From assembly GCF_006345805.1 (NCBI RefSeq), contig NC_043019.1, positions 6,447,360 to 6,511,359 of the forward strand: a stretch of DNA of 64,000 nt. The letters are read 5' to 3'. Below are positions 50,711 to 62,639 of this stretch, piece by piece. The first letter of the stretch is position 1. The number at the start of each line of letters is the position of its first letter. The notes under the pieces are model-generated. The model saw nothing but the letters and a program-made list of their open reading frames with translations, made no database searches and had not been told where the DNA came from. Source of the DNA: Octopus sinensis (taxonomy: Eukaryota). The position numbers and the translations under genes were made by a program.

Positions 50711-50989
50711 AAAAACAAAAAGAGATATATACATATGTATACATACACACATATGCAAATGTACAAACACACATAGATACAGATAGATAAATAGATAGAC
50801 AGACCAGAGAGACAGATAGATAGGTTGATAGATAAATGTGTGTGTAAACATGTATACATTAGATATAGATATATATGTATATATGTGTGTATGTACTTAT
50901 CAATATATATATACATATTGATATATATTTTATTTATATATATATTTATTTGTGTATATATACATGCTCACAGACACACACACACATAC

Positions 50990-51027
<38 letters not shown>

Positions 51028-51296
51028 ACATACATACGCGCGCGAGCACCCAAAAACGCACACATACCTTTATATATACTGTTCCGTAATTTTTATTTGC
51101 TTTCATCACCACGCAGGGCAGCGCTGAATTCTACTAAAAAAATTGTACGACTAACTATATTTCTCATTATCAACTTTGTGTGGAACATAAATTTAAACGT
51201 AATCTTGATAGAAGGTTTTAATTTAGTTGAATTTAAAAGACGAATTTTGTACCATAGAACTAAGGGCTGGTTTTTTATGGTACTACAAATATTAAA

Positions 51297-51612
51297 GACG
51301 CGTGACTTCTTGGTTTAGGTAATCTGCTCACGATCTTAAAGATATGAGTTCAATTCCCGGCGACGCGTTGTGTCCTTCGGCAAGACAATGTATTTCAAGG
51401 TGCTCCAGTCTACTCAGTGGACAAAAGTAAATTGTCCATGTATTTCGAACGGCCAACCTTGTCACTTTCTGTATCACGCTAAATCTCCCTGAGAACTACA
51501 ATTAAGGGTACTCGTGTCTGTGGAGTGTTCAAACACTTGCACGTTTAATTTCACGAGTAAGCTGTTCTATTGATTGGATCAATTGGAAAATCCGTGATCG
51601 TAACCAGCGGAG
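51297..51612 (+). mobile_element. SINE family D, diverged copy
   Basis: GAGTTCAATTCCC B-box and GTGTCCTTCGGCAAGAC domain, followed by the family C-type tail. Confidence 0.7.
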
Positions 51613-51797
51613 AGCTAGTACCATAAATAGGTCACTGACCTCAGCAACACACAAAGCCATTCATTGCATTGCTGTAAATATGTAAATTAGCTGATTATAA
51701 ATCATATCTCTAATCTGTTGCAACTCTCGTTGTATACAAAGTGAAGAAATGCATCCTGTCCGTGGGTGTAGTAGTATAGTAGTAGTACTAGTAGTAC

Positions 51798-51855
<58 letters not shown>

Positions 51856-52000
51856 GCTGGTGCTGGTGGTTGTGGTGGTGCTGGTGCTGGTGGTTGTGGT
51901 GGTGCTGGTGCTGGTGGTTGTGGTGGTGCTGGTGCTGGTGGTTGTGGTGGTAACTGTTGTTGTTGTAGTTGTTGTTGAGGGTAGTGGTATTATTGGTGAT

Positions 52001-52219
52001 AAGGCGGCGAACTGGTAGAATCGTTAGCACGCCGGGCGAAGTGCTTAGCAGTATTTCGTCTGCCGCTACGTTCAGAGTTCAAATTCCGCCGAGGTCAACT
52101 TTGCCTTTCATCCTTTCGGGGTCGATAAATTAAGTACCAGTTACGCACTGGGGTCGATGTAATCGACTTAATCCGTTTGTTCTCCCTGTGTTTAGCCCCT
52201 TGTGGGTAGTAAAGAAATA
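52001..52219 (+). mobile_element. SINE family A monomer with a 14-bp TSD
   Basis: TSD GGTATTATTGGTGA at 51986-51999 and 52220-52233. Confidence 0.9.
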
Positions 52220-53856
52220 GGTATTATTGGTGACAGTTATTGCATAGAAGCTCTCCTGGTGAACTTTGATTTAGAACTCTTATATTGTAAGGTGCACCAA
52301 CACGATAATACCTGTTCTTGTGGGGAAAGTGTTCAATAAATTCGACGTTTCTCAAAACGTCTTTTCTGCTTTACGATGGTAGGTTGTGATTTCGGAGATT
52401 TGACATATTGATAATCTCCAGAGGATTCGCCATGTTCACTAAAGTAAATGCTAAGATTATCGAGACTGTCAGGGGAATTTCAAGAAAGAAAGAACACCTT
52501 ATGCAAAAGCTCTTGAGTAAATCTTAACTCATTATTGTAAGAGAGTAAACTCAAGGTATGCTCAAATTTATTTGATACCTGTCACTTTTTACCTTTCATT
52601 TGCTTCACTCATTGGACTGCGTCCGTGCAGAGGCACCGCCTTGATAGGGTCCTAATAAAACATACCTACACCATTAGTTATTTTTAAACACTTGTACTAT
52701 CTGTGTTAGTGTCTTAGATCGAACTTCTAGGTTATGAAGGTGTAAACACACCAACACCGGTTGCCAGGCAGTATTGGGGAACAAACTTAAACACAGAGAT
52801 ACACATGCTCACAACGTACAAATACACACACACTCATGCATGCATACTTACATAATACATACATGTATGCATGCATGCATACACGCATATACATACGTAC
52901 GTACATACGTGCATACATACACACATACGCACACTCACACACACAACACACACACACACACACAGACACTCAGTGGCCGGAAGGCATGCTTCTTACCACA
53001 CCGCCATGCATCCACCTAATATTGGTAAATGTTAATCCAAAACTTTCTGAAAGTGGAACAAACTTTGCGCCTGAATGAATAAAAGCAATTTATAGTTTCG
53101 CGCAAGATTGTCCTCGTGGCACAATATCGATTCCCTAGTTTGAATTCTTCATTTTTACCCAAAGAATATCACCTTCAATAGTATTTTGTGACCAAGAGCG
53201 ACGAAATCAACCGAATCACTCATTTTGTTGTCTTTCTCTTATTAATAATGGCTTAAAGTTCTTCAGGGGAAGCCTGATTATATGTTAAGAGGTGGGTTTG
53301 AAGGTCGACTGAATCGACAGAGAGTGTCTTGATTTATATTCAGATTTACTTGACGGAAGGGGCGAAAACTTGTGGCTCTTGAAGAGGTGTAGAATGATGA
53401 TGATAGTGATGGCGGTGGTGGTGCTGGTGCTGGTGCTGGTGGCGGCAGCGGCGGCATCGGCGACGCCGGTGACGGTTTGTGGTGGTGGCGGCGGAGGTGG
53501 TGGTGGTGGAGGCAGCGGTGGAGGCGGCGGTGGAAGTTGCGGTGGAGGCGACGGTGGGGGTGGCGGAGACGTCGGTGGAGGCGGTGGTGGTGGTGATACT
53601 GGTGCTGGTGGTGACTATGATGATGATGATGATGATGATGATAAAGGTAATAATGATGGTGATGATCATGATCATGATCGGGATCATCATCATCATCATC
53701 ATTATCATCATCTTCATCATTATCATCATCATCCTCATCATCATCAACAATATGTGGATGTATATATGTGTGTGCGTGGGTGGATAGAAGAGCATACACG
53801 TATATAGACATGTGTGTGTGTCTGTGTGTGTATTATGCATATATACATATATATAT

Positions 53857-53913
<57 letters not shown>

Positions 53914-54568
53914 TGTATACAAAGACACACACACACACACACACAGATTTTAATACTTCATATCTGCTTTCATTATTCTTCAATAATTCAATTGTAAACC
54001 GTTTAGCTAAGCATATAATCTTGATTGTCGAAACGTTAACCCTACGCAATAATATAAATAAATAAATATAGAAATGATTAAATATAGATAAATATAAATA
54101 ATATATAATACTAATCTCTGGCAGCCATTTTCATCATCATGGCTGCCGCCGATATCATGATACCGCCGAAAATTCGGCTTCCGCTTAATTCCTTTGAGAA
54201 TTCCACTCGTCAGATTTCGAATGTTGTATATTATGATGTGTGTTTTTCTATATTATTTCCTTTGGTTTTATTTTATTTCATTTGTTTTTGTTGCGCGTTT
54301 CTTCATATTTTGTGTTGTTTGTTTGTTTGCAGTGCTTTTATTGTTCATTTTGTTTCTATTTTTAACTGACACCATCTAATATGTTTCAAGTACGAACCGG
54401 AAGTTCCTGGGAGAGATTCATCGAAAAATATTCTGAAGTGATTTATTGCCCAATGGAAAATATATACAAATGCCTATCTAAGGGCATCTGACTGATACGG
54501 CCAAATCACACATTTATAGATGGATGTACGCATGTATATATATATATTTACATATAATATATATATAT

Positions 54569-54614
<46 letters not shown>

Positions 54615-54745
54615 ATTATATATATATATACATATATATGTATATACATATATACATAAAAATATATATATATACATATATACATAAAAATATATATATA
54701 TACATATATACATAAAAATATATATATAAACATATATACATAAAA

Positions 54746-54780
<35 letters not shown>

Positions 54781-55270
54781 AACTATATATATATATGTGT
54801 GTGTGTGTACATACACAGACACACGCGCGCACACACATATATATATATTTCTATACATATGTTATATTTATATATATAAATACGCACACACATGCAAGCA
54901 TATATATATGTATGTATGTATGTGTGTATGTATAGATGGAAGGATGGATGGATGGATGTATATATGTGTGTGTGTATATGCATGTACGTATGTATGTCTG
55001 TAAAAATTTTGATTAATAAGTTATTTGACAGGGAACTTAAGGTAACTGCAGGAAGCTTCAACAGAACAAATATATTGGAATGAGTATATTTTAATAAAGA
55101 CTGAGTAGTATTTTCTTGTTCGTTATAAGTAAAACACGCAGACCCGGAACGACATACGTTACTGAAGAGCAATTTATGCGAAACTCCTCCACAAGCACAT
55201 GAACATACACATCGCCCGCACGTCCGTACGGAATCGCTGACGCACACCCACATACGCACACATACAAATG

Positions 55271-55311
<41 letters not shown>

Positions 55312-56057
55312 GATACACATAAATCAGTGGCGAAGATATTCTATTTCATTTTCACTTGTTCACATGCGAATTGAAAATTATATATATATGCAGAGTTTTC
55401 TGGCTCTGCTTACGCACACACGCATACCACATACTACACACACATGCACACCCATACAGACATTTATATACTTACCTGTCGATATATAAATATATATGTA
55501 TATATATATTTTTCAATTAGTCAATTTAGGGTAATTTAATTTAATCATTAATGACACAGAAACGTTGCAACGTCTAAAAGATGAATTAGGGTAAATGTTT
55601 TTAAATTTTCACCTAATTTCTGAATTACTACTACTTGGCGGTGTGAGTTATGGCTGCTCTTTCTGGTGGACGAATGACCTGTTAGGGTCACTCCTAAATT
55701 GTTATGTTTATGTATATATATATATATTTATATATATATACATATATATGTATATATACGTATATACATACATACATGTATGTATATATACATATATACA
55801 TACACACATATATGTATATATACACATATACATACATGCATGTATGTATGTATACAAATATATACATACATACACAATATACATATTTACAGATCGATAG
55901 GTATAGACTGACGTTATATCTCCCTATACACCTCTATGTATATATATGTGTGTGTATGTGTGTATATATATATATATATGTATATATATGATATATATAT
56001 ATATATATATAATATATATATTATATATATATATTATATATATTATATATATATTAT

Positions 56058-56114
<57 letters not shown>

Positions 56115-56384
56115 TATATATATGCATATATATATACCCACACACAGAGGCACGTGCACACAAATATGACCAAATGTTTGTGTAAGATTATGAGCGAAGC
56201 TATGTATTCGTGCCTTCCAGCACGTGATTTCTTCATCCTCGTGTGAGTAGTTACCTCATATACACACACACAAACAAAGATTCAAACACACCCACGCACA
56301 GCTATACATATACGATCACGCATACACACATGCATATATTTCGGTTGATATATTCATTTTTCATTGCGTGACAACTTGTAATGA

Positions 56385-56449
56385 AGATGATAATAATGTT
56401 AAAACAATAACAGCAGCATTTCTCCTGTTATTATTAATAATAACAATGC

Positions 56450-56498
<49 letters not shown>

Positions 56499-56823
56499 TA
56501 TAATAATAATAATAATAATTATTATTATAATAATGATAATTATTATTATTATTATATTATTATTATTATAATAACAATAATAATAATAATGATAATAATA
56601 ATAATGATAATAATGATAATAATAATGATAATAATAATAACAATATCTAAGAATGATAATGATAATATAATGATAATATAATATATAATAATGCATAATA
56701 ATGATAATAATAATAACAATAAAATAATAATGATAATGATAATAATAATGATAATAATAATAATAATAATAATGATAATGTAATAATAATAACAATAATA
56801 ATAATAATAACAATAATACATAA

Positions 56824-56859
<36 letters not shown>

Positions 56860-56870
56860 CGCATTACTAA
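56385..56870. repeat. (AAT)n microsatellite
   Basis: Read directly from the sequence. Confidence 0.95.
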
Positions 56871-57299
56871 TAACGTTAATACATTCTGTATCGATTGCTG
56901 CCATGCAACGTTGAGCAACGATACAGCTCTGTGCACTGATGACGTCCATCTGTCAGTGCCACTTGCGCACTCACCACTGGAACAGCAGCATCTGCACGAT
57001 CACATGATTGAAATTGCAATAGCAGTAGCGACACCGATAGCTGTAATGAATAAAGGGAACAACAACATTAATAAGATGGTTTCTGGACAGGCAAGGACAT
57101 TAACGATTATAACAACGGTAATGATATTAACAGTATTGACGACGTGTCCATACAGCGTTGTCAAGAGGCACGGGGAGCAATAGAGACGAGAAGTGGTGGC
57201 GGCTGTGACGGTTGTGACGGCGGTTGCAGCAGCGGATGTAGCAGTGGGTAGGGCTACAAAAACGGTAGGCGTAACGGTAACGACGGCAGCAATGGAATG

Positions 57300-58545
57300 G
57301 GCGACAGCGGCAGCGGCGCCGCAGCGGCGGCAGCGGCGGCAGCGGAGCAGCGGCGGCAGCGGCGGCAGAGGCGCGGCAGAGGCGGTAGCGGGCGGGGCAG
57401 CGGCGTCGGTAGCGGCGGCCAGCGGCGGCAGCGGCGGCAGCGGCGGCAGCGGCGGCAGCGGCGGCAGTGGCGGCAGCGGCGGCAGCGGCGGCAGCGGCGG
57501 TAGGCAGCGGAGCTCGGTTTAGCGGTAGCGACGGCAGCGGCGGTAGCGGCGGCAGCGGCGGCAGCGGCGGGAGCGGCGGCAGCGGCGGTAGCGGCGGCAG
57601 CGGCGGCCAGCGGCGGCAGCGGCGGCAGCGGCGCGGTAGCGGCGGCAGCGGCGGGTAGCGGCGACGCGGCAGCGTGTCACCTAAAGGCGATTACAGTACC
57701 AGTGATTGTAGGATCTGTAGGAATGATAAAATAAAGGCCATGAAACCTATTTGAGAATGATACAGGCTACCCACCCTACAGGAAGTGCAAAAACTCGTGT
57801 AACTGAACGACTCATGTACTGAGAAGAGCATTATTGCTGTGAAAACAACGGCATCGGCGGCAGCGGCGGCAGCGGCTGCAGCGGCGGCGAGCGCGGCAGC
57901 GTCGGCAGCGGCGGCAGCGGCGGCAAGCGGCGGAAGCGGCGGAAGCGGCGGCCAGGGGCGGGCGTGGTAAGCGGCGGCAGCGGCGGCAGCGGCGGCAGCG
58001 GCGGCAGCGGCGGCAGCGGGGGCAGCGGCGGCAAGCGGCGGCAGCGGCGGCAGGGGCGGCAGCGGCCGCAGCGGCGGCAGCGGCGGCAGCGGCGCAGCGG
58101 CGGCAGCGGCGGTAGCGGCCAGCGGTAGCGGCGGAGCGGCGGCATCGGCGGCAGCGGCGGCAGCGGCTGCAGCGACGGTAGCGGCGGCAGCAGCGGCAGC
58201 ATCGGCAGCAGCGGTAGCAGCGCAGCAGCGGTAGCAGCGGCAGCAGCGGCAGCAGCGGCAGCAGCTGGCAGTAGTAGCGGTAGCGGCGGCAGCGGGCAGC
58301 GCCAGCGGCGGCAGCAAACAGCAACAGCGACAGCAGAAGCAGCAGCGGCAGCAGCGGCAGCAAGCACGGGCAGCAGCGGCAGCAGCGGTAGCAGCGGTAG
58401 CAGCGGCAGCAGCGGCAGCAGCGGCAGCAGCGGCAGCAGCGGCAGCAGCGGCAGCAGCGGCAGCAGCGGCAGCAGCGGTAGCAGCGGCAGCAGCGGTAGC
58501 AGCGGCAGCAGCGGCAGCGCAGACAGCGGCGGCAGCGGCAGCCAG
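57300..58545. repeat. GC-rich (GGCGGCAGC)n grading into (GGCAGCAGC)n
   Basis: 9-bp periodicity with scattered 1-bp indels, interrupted at 57674-57849. Confidence 0.9.
57674..57849 (+). repeat. 176-bp copy of R4/Dong 3' sequence 59163-59342 embedded in the GC-rich repeat
   Basis: Identical to the source except one substitution and 1-bp indels in short homopolymer runs (net -4 bp). Confidence 0.9.
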
Positions 58546-58744
58546 AGGCGATGGTCACTAGGAGCTAATCAACGGTAGCATTCGTCCTATTTTTCTGGAC
58601 TGCCATGTTAGCTTGGCGATATCTATTAATATCCAGTACCGCTGCCGTAGTCTCTTTTAGAGAGAATTAGAAATAATGATATTTCTATTTTTGAAAACCA
58701 GTGGATGTATTCCACTGAATTTAGGTAAATAATCCTTCGAATAG

Positions 58745-59515
58745 TCGATCAGAGCTAACCCAAAATACTGATTCTGTAACGATGAGATAGAAACTATAGA
58801 CCACCTAATCTCAGGGTGGTCCTAATTTTAGCACCTGTAGAATATAGACCAAGACATGACAGAGTCGGCCAGTATTGACACTGGACAATAAGTGGGAATT
58901 ATAAAATCGAAACCGCTGACCAATGGTATAAACACCATCCTGAAGCTGTGACTGAGGGAGAAAATGTGTCGATTCTCTGGGACTTCCCCGTACATACTGA
59001 CAAAACTATAAAAGCTAATAAACCGGATATTATTAAAAAAGATCAGACGAAAAAGGTTTATTTAATACTTGACATGAGTATTCCTTGCGGTCACAATATA
59101 GCGGCGAAAGAATTTGACAATATCAGTAAATACAAAGACTTGCTAATAGAAATTGAAAAAATGTGTCACCTAAAGGCGATTACAGTACCAGTGATTGTAG
59201 GATCTGTAGGAATGATAAAATAAAGGCCCTGAAACCTATTTGAGAATGATACCAGGCTTACCACCCCTACAGGAAGTGCAAAAACTCGTGTTAACTTGAA
59301 CGACTCATGTACTGAGAAGAGCATTATTGCTGTGAAAACAACATCCATTCATGAATTTATTTACTTATTAATTTTTGAAATACATATTTTACCTGTGAAT
59401 TTGCATGTATAATCTGGGAATGCATACAATGAGGTTCTCTGCCCTAGGTGTACGGAAAACACTCGGCGAGAAATGGAAGAAAATTTGAAGAAAGAAGGGA
59501 AATAAAATTTAAATA
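58745..59515 (+). mobile_element. R4/Dong-clade retrotransposon 3' end (CCHC knuckle, restriction-like endonuclease, 3' UTR)
   Basis: FCNDEIETIDHLISG, RHDRVGQY*HW, ILWDFPVHTDKTIKANKPDI..LILDMSIP..KEFDNISKYKDL..VPVIVGSVGMI. These are the RHD and PD..D..K/KY motifs of REL endonucleases. Confidence 0.9.
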
Positions 59516-59523
59516 ATTGAGCC

Positions 59524-59719
59524 TACTATGGGCTCAAGGCCTGAAATTGGGAGGATGGGGATAGTCGATTACATCGACCCCAGTACTAAACGGGTACTTA
59601 ATTTATCTGAAGCGATGAAAGGCAAAGCTGACAGCGGCGGAATTTAAACTAAGAACGTAGCGATAGGCGAAATGCCGCGAAGCATTTCACCGGGTGCGCT
59701 AACGATTCTGCCACTTCGC
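59524..59719 (-). mobile_element. Older SINE family A monomer, tail b
   Basis: Diverged head and Meta-like domain; a second, more decayed copy follows at ~59945-60140. Confidence 0.75.
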
Positions 59720-59721
59720 TA

Positions 59722-59722
59722 T

Positions 59723-59777
<55 letters not shown>

Positions 59778-59807
59778 TAATAATCAATAATAATAATAAT
59801 AACAACA

Positions 59808-59855
<48 letters not shown>

Positions 59856-59872
59856 TTATAATGATAATGATG

Positions 59873-59909
<37 letters not shown>

Positions 59910-59940
59910 TAATGAAATAATAATAATAATGATAATAATA
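59722..59940. repeat. (TAA)n microsatellite
   Basis: Read directly from the sequence. Confidence 0.95.
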
Positions 59941-60184
59941 ATTCATTCTAGTATATGCACAAGGCCTGTGATGCTCTTGTGATGAAGGGTCAGTCGATTA
60001 CAAGAACTGAAGTGCTCTACTGGTAGTTATTTCATCGTCACCGAAAAGATAAGTGACCAAGTCGACCTCGTCATTATTTGAACCGACAACCGCTCAATAT
60101 TCTATCCGATGTGTTACCGATTCTGGCAGTTCACTACGTTATAATGATTAATGATAATGAATTAAACTTTATTTCTCTATGCGC

Positions 60185-60653
60185 TTTTCAATCCAAGAAA
60201 TCCTGAGTATTTTTCTCCGGCATCCCATTTGTACAAGCTTCAATTATTTTCTGATCACTTTTATTGATTAAGCATGTTTCTGCTTCATAGATCATTACTG
60301 GAATAATCAAAGCTTTGATTAATCTTTTCTCGCTCTCTTTTAAAACATCCGGGTCCTTCCAACTGAAGTTCAGTTTATTCATCGCAAATTATTTCGTCAT
60401 CGTCGCTTGTTTTATTTCTTTTGTGAAGCAATCTTCGTTAGTAAAGATTCTACAACGAAGCAAATTAAACGATTTCACAATTTCTATTACAGCATTCTGT
60501 GTTGTAACAATGTTCGTTTCTTTATTGGTCGTTGTCTTTGTTTAGCTGACATGGGAGGGTGAAAGACCATCGTTTCCACTGGACATAATAATAGCTTCTA
60601 GCCACAAAGTCATGCTTTGTTTGTTTTCCGCAATCGATATTTCACCAGAGACA
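60185..60653 (-). mobile_element. RTE-clade LINE, C-terminal RT region, decayed
   Basis: IAENKQSM..GL..KTK, IEIVKSFNLL, then MNKLNFSWKDPDVLKESEKRLIKALIIPVMIYEAET. This matches RTE K.RL.KAL..PV..YG.ETW. Confidence 0.8.
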
Positions 60654-60655
60654 TA

Positions 60656-60802
60656 CCGTATATTTGGGAATACAAGTCGACATAAAATATAGTGTAAATA
60701 TGTAACGCGAACATTCAAACATCCTCATTATCTTTCCAAATCTTGCTGTTTTGGCTGCAAATTTTTGTCTGAAAAAGTCGATTTATGTGCCGGAAAATAC
60801 GG
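60656..60802. mobile_element. Tc2/pogo-like MITE inserted in the RTE remnant
   Basis: Inverted ends CCGTATATTTGGGAATACAAGTCGAC and AAGTCGATTTATGTGCCGGAAAATACGG, preceded by TA. Confidence 0.75.
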
Positions 60803-60810
60803 TGTTGCCA

Positions 60811-61015
60811 TTCTCTTTTACTCTTTAACTCTTTTACTTGTATTTAGTCATTTGACTGTGGCCATGCTGAAGCACCGCCTTTAGTCGACCGAATCGACCC
60901 CAGGACTTATTCTTTGTAAGCCTAGTACTTATTCTATCGGTCTCTTTTGCCGAACCGCTAAGTTACGGGGACGTAAACACACCAGCATCGGTTGTCAAGC
61001 GATGTTGGGGGGGGA

Positions 61016-61056
<41 letters not shown>

Positions 61057-61262
61057 CGTTAGCTCCTGCACGCATTTTTTTCTCTCCTTGTTTCTCTCCG
61101 TGTTTCTTTTCTGTGTATCTTTCTGTTAAGAGCGTGGCTCGAAACGTAAAAGGCTTGTTTTATTTCTATTCCTGAGCGCCATACTAATACAATTGCTTGT
61201 TTGTACTCCACCTGCCTTCGTCTTTTGTTTATTTCGTAAGCTTCCCGTTATATATATATATA

Positions 61263-61312
<50 letters not shown>

Positions 61313-61478
61313 TTTCGACGGGTTTCTGTCAGTTTCCGTCTACCAAATCCACTAACAAGGCTTTAGTCCGCCCGAGGCTATAGTAGAAGACACTTGCCCA
61401 AGCTGCCATGCAGTGGGACTGATCCCAGAACCATGTGGTTTGTAAGTAAGCTACTTACCACACAGCCACTCCTACGCC
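60811..61478 (-). mobile_element. SINE family B interrupted within its internal microsatellite
   Basis: Tail at 60811-61020, then (CA)n, a foreign segment at 61056-61248, (TA)n, and the head at 61313-61478. Confidence 0.85.
61056..61248 (+). mobile_element. Penelope pLTR-like fragment with a degenerate hammerhead-like motif
   Basis: A pyrimidine-rich leader is followed by UCUUU-CUGUUAA-GAGC(GUG)GCUC-GAAA-CG-UA-AAAGG, and the fragment ends in (TA)n. Confidence 0.5.
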
Positions 61479-62232
61479 TATTCGTTAATTTTCCTTTCCC
61501 CTAACATTTATATCAATTTTAATTTCATTAAGTTTCGAGTGTTTTGAAAATCATTTCAATACATAAATTAAATAAATATGGAAAATATATACATATTTCT
61601 CCTATATCCTTCTAAACAGCTAGTCATCCGTTCATTTCTGCACCCACTAACCCTGATGGGGTCATTAGAGTAGATTCCTCAGGTACCCCCTCTATGGAGT
61701 AGTATTAGAAGCAGCCATTATTGCATTTTCTGGCTGGATTCCCAAGCGTAACCAACTGAAAATATAGATATTATCCAACCATTTTGTTCTTGATCAACCC
61801 CCAGGTCGCATGCTGGTTGGATCGTCTTCAGGAATCTTACGTTCGATTATTTCCTGCGACCGACATTCTCTAATCATATGCGCATGCGTGGCTGTGTGAT
61901 AAGAAGTTTACTTCACAATCACATGTTTCCGGTCACAGTCACACCGCATCGCATCGGCTATAGCCACGGCCCGGCGGAATCTTGAGCGGATTTGTTAGAC
62001 GGAAACTGAAAGAATCCCCATCGTATAAAAATGTGTGTGAATGTGTGTGTGTGCGTATGGGTGTGTCTGTGTATGGTAGTGATATAACCAAGAATGCGCT
62101 TTGCACCAAAAGCTATTATGAGAGTTCCTCTCATGTTGCCAATCGCAGTATAGTCTGTTCCAATATAACATCCACGTTTTAGTGAGAATAACTGTTACAT
62201 CTCGGTATTGATACTGCATGTGTTGCTAATGG

Positions 62233-62615
62233 GGAAGCACTCCGTCGGTTACGACGATGAGGGTTCCGGTTGATCCGAATCAACGGAACAGCCTGCTCGT
62301 GAAATTAACGTGTAAGTGGCTGAGCACTCCACAGACACGTGCACCCTTAACGTAGTTCTCGGGGATATTCAGCGTGACACAGAGAGTGACAAGGCCTGCC
62401 CTTTGAAATACAGGTACAACAGAAACAGGAAGTAAGGGTGAGAGAAAGTTGTGGTGAAAGAGTACAGCAGGGATCACCACCATTCCTGCCGGAGCCTCGT
62501 GGAGCTTTAGGTGTTTTCGCTCAATAAACACTCACAACGCCCGGTCTGGGAATCGAAACCGCAATCCTACGACCGCGAGTCCGCTGCCCTAACCACTGGA
62601 CCATTGCGCCTCCAC
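62233..62615 (-). mobile_element. SINE family C, full length
   Basis: Near-identical to 40530-40915 and 41925-42314. Confidence 0.9.
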
Positions 62616-62639
62616 TGTCGCAAATATATATTTCATATC

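Noticed and set aside
55162-55190. CTGAAGA-GCA(ATTTA)TGC-GAAAC
   Set aside because: Stem II is only 3 bp, and no NUH triplet with compatible stems I and III was found in any topology.
56221-56242. 22-nt microexon with good acceptor and GTGAGT donor
   Set aside because: Too short to evaluate, and no partner exons were identified.
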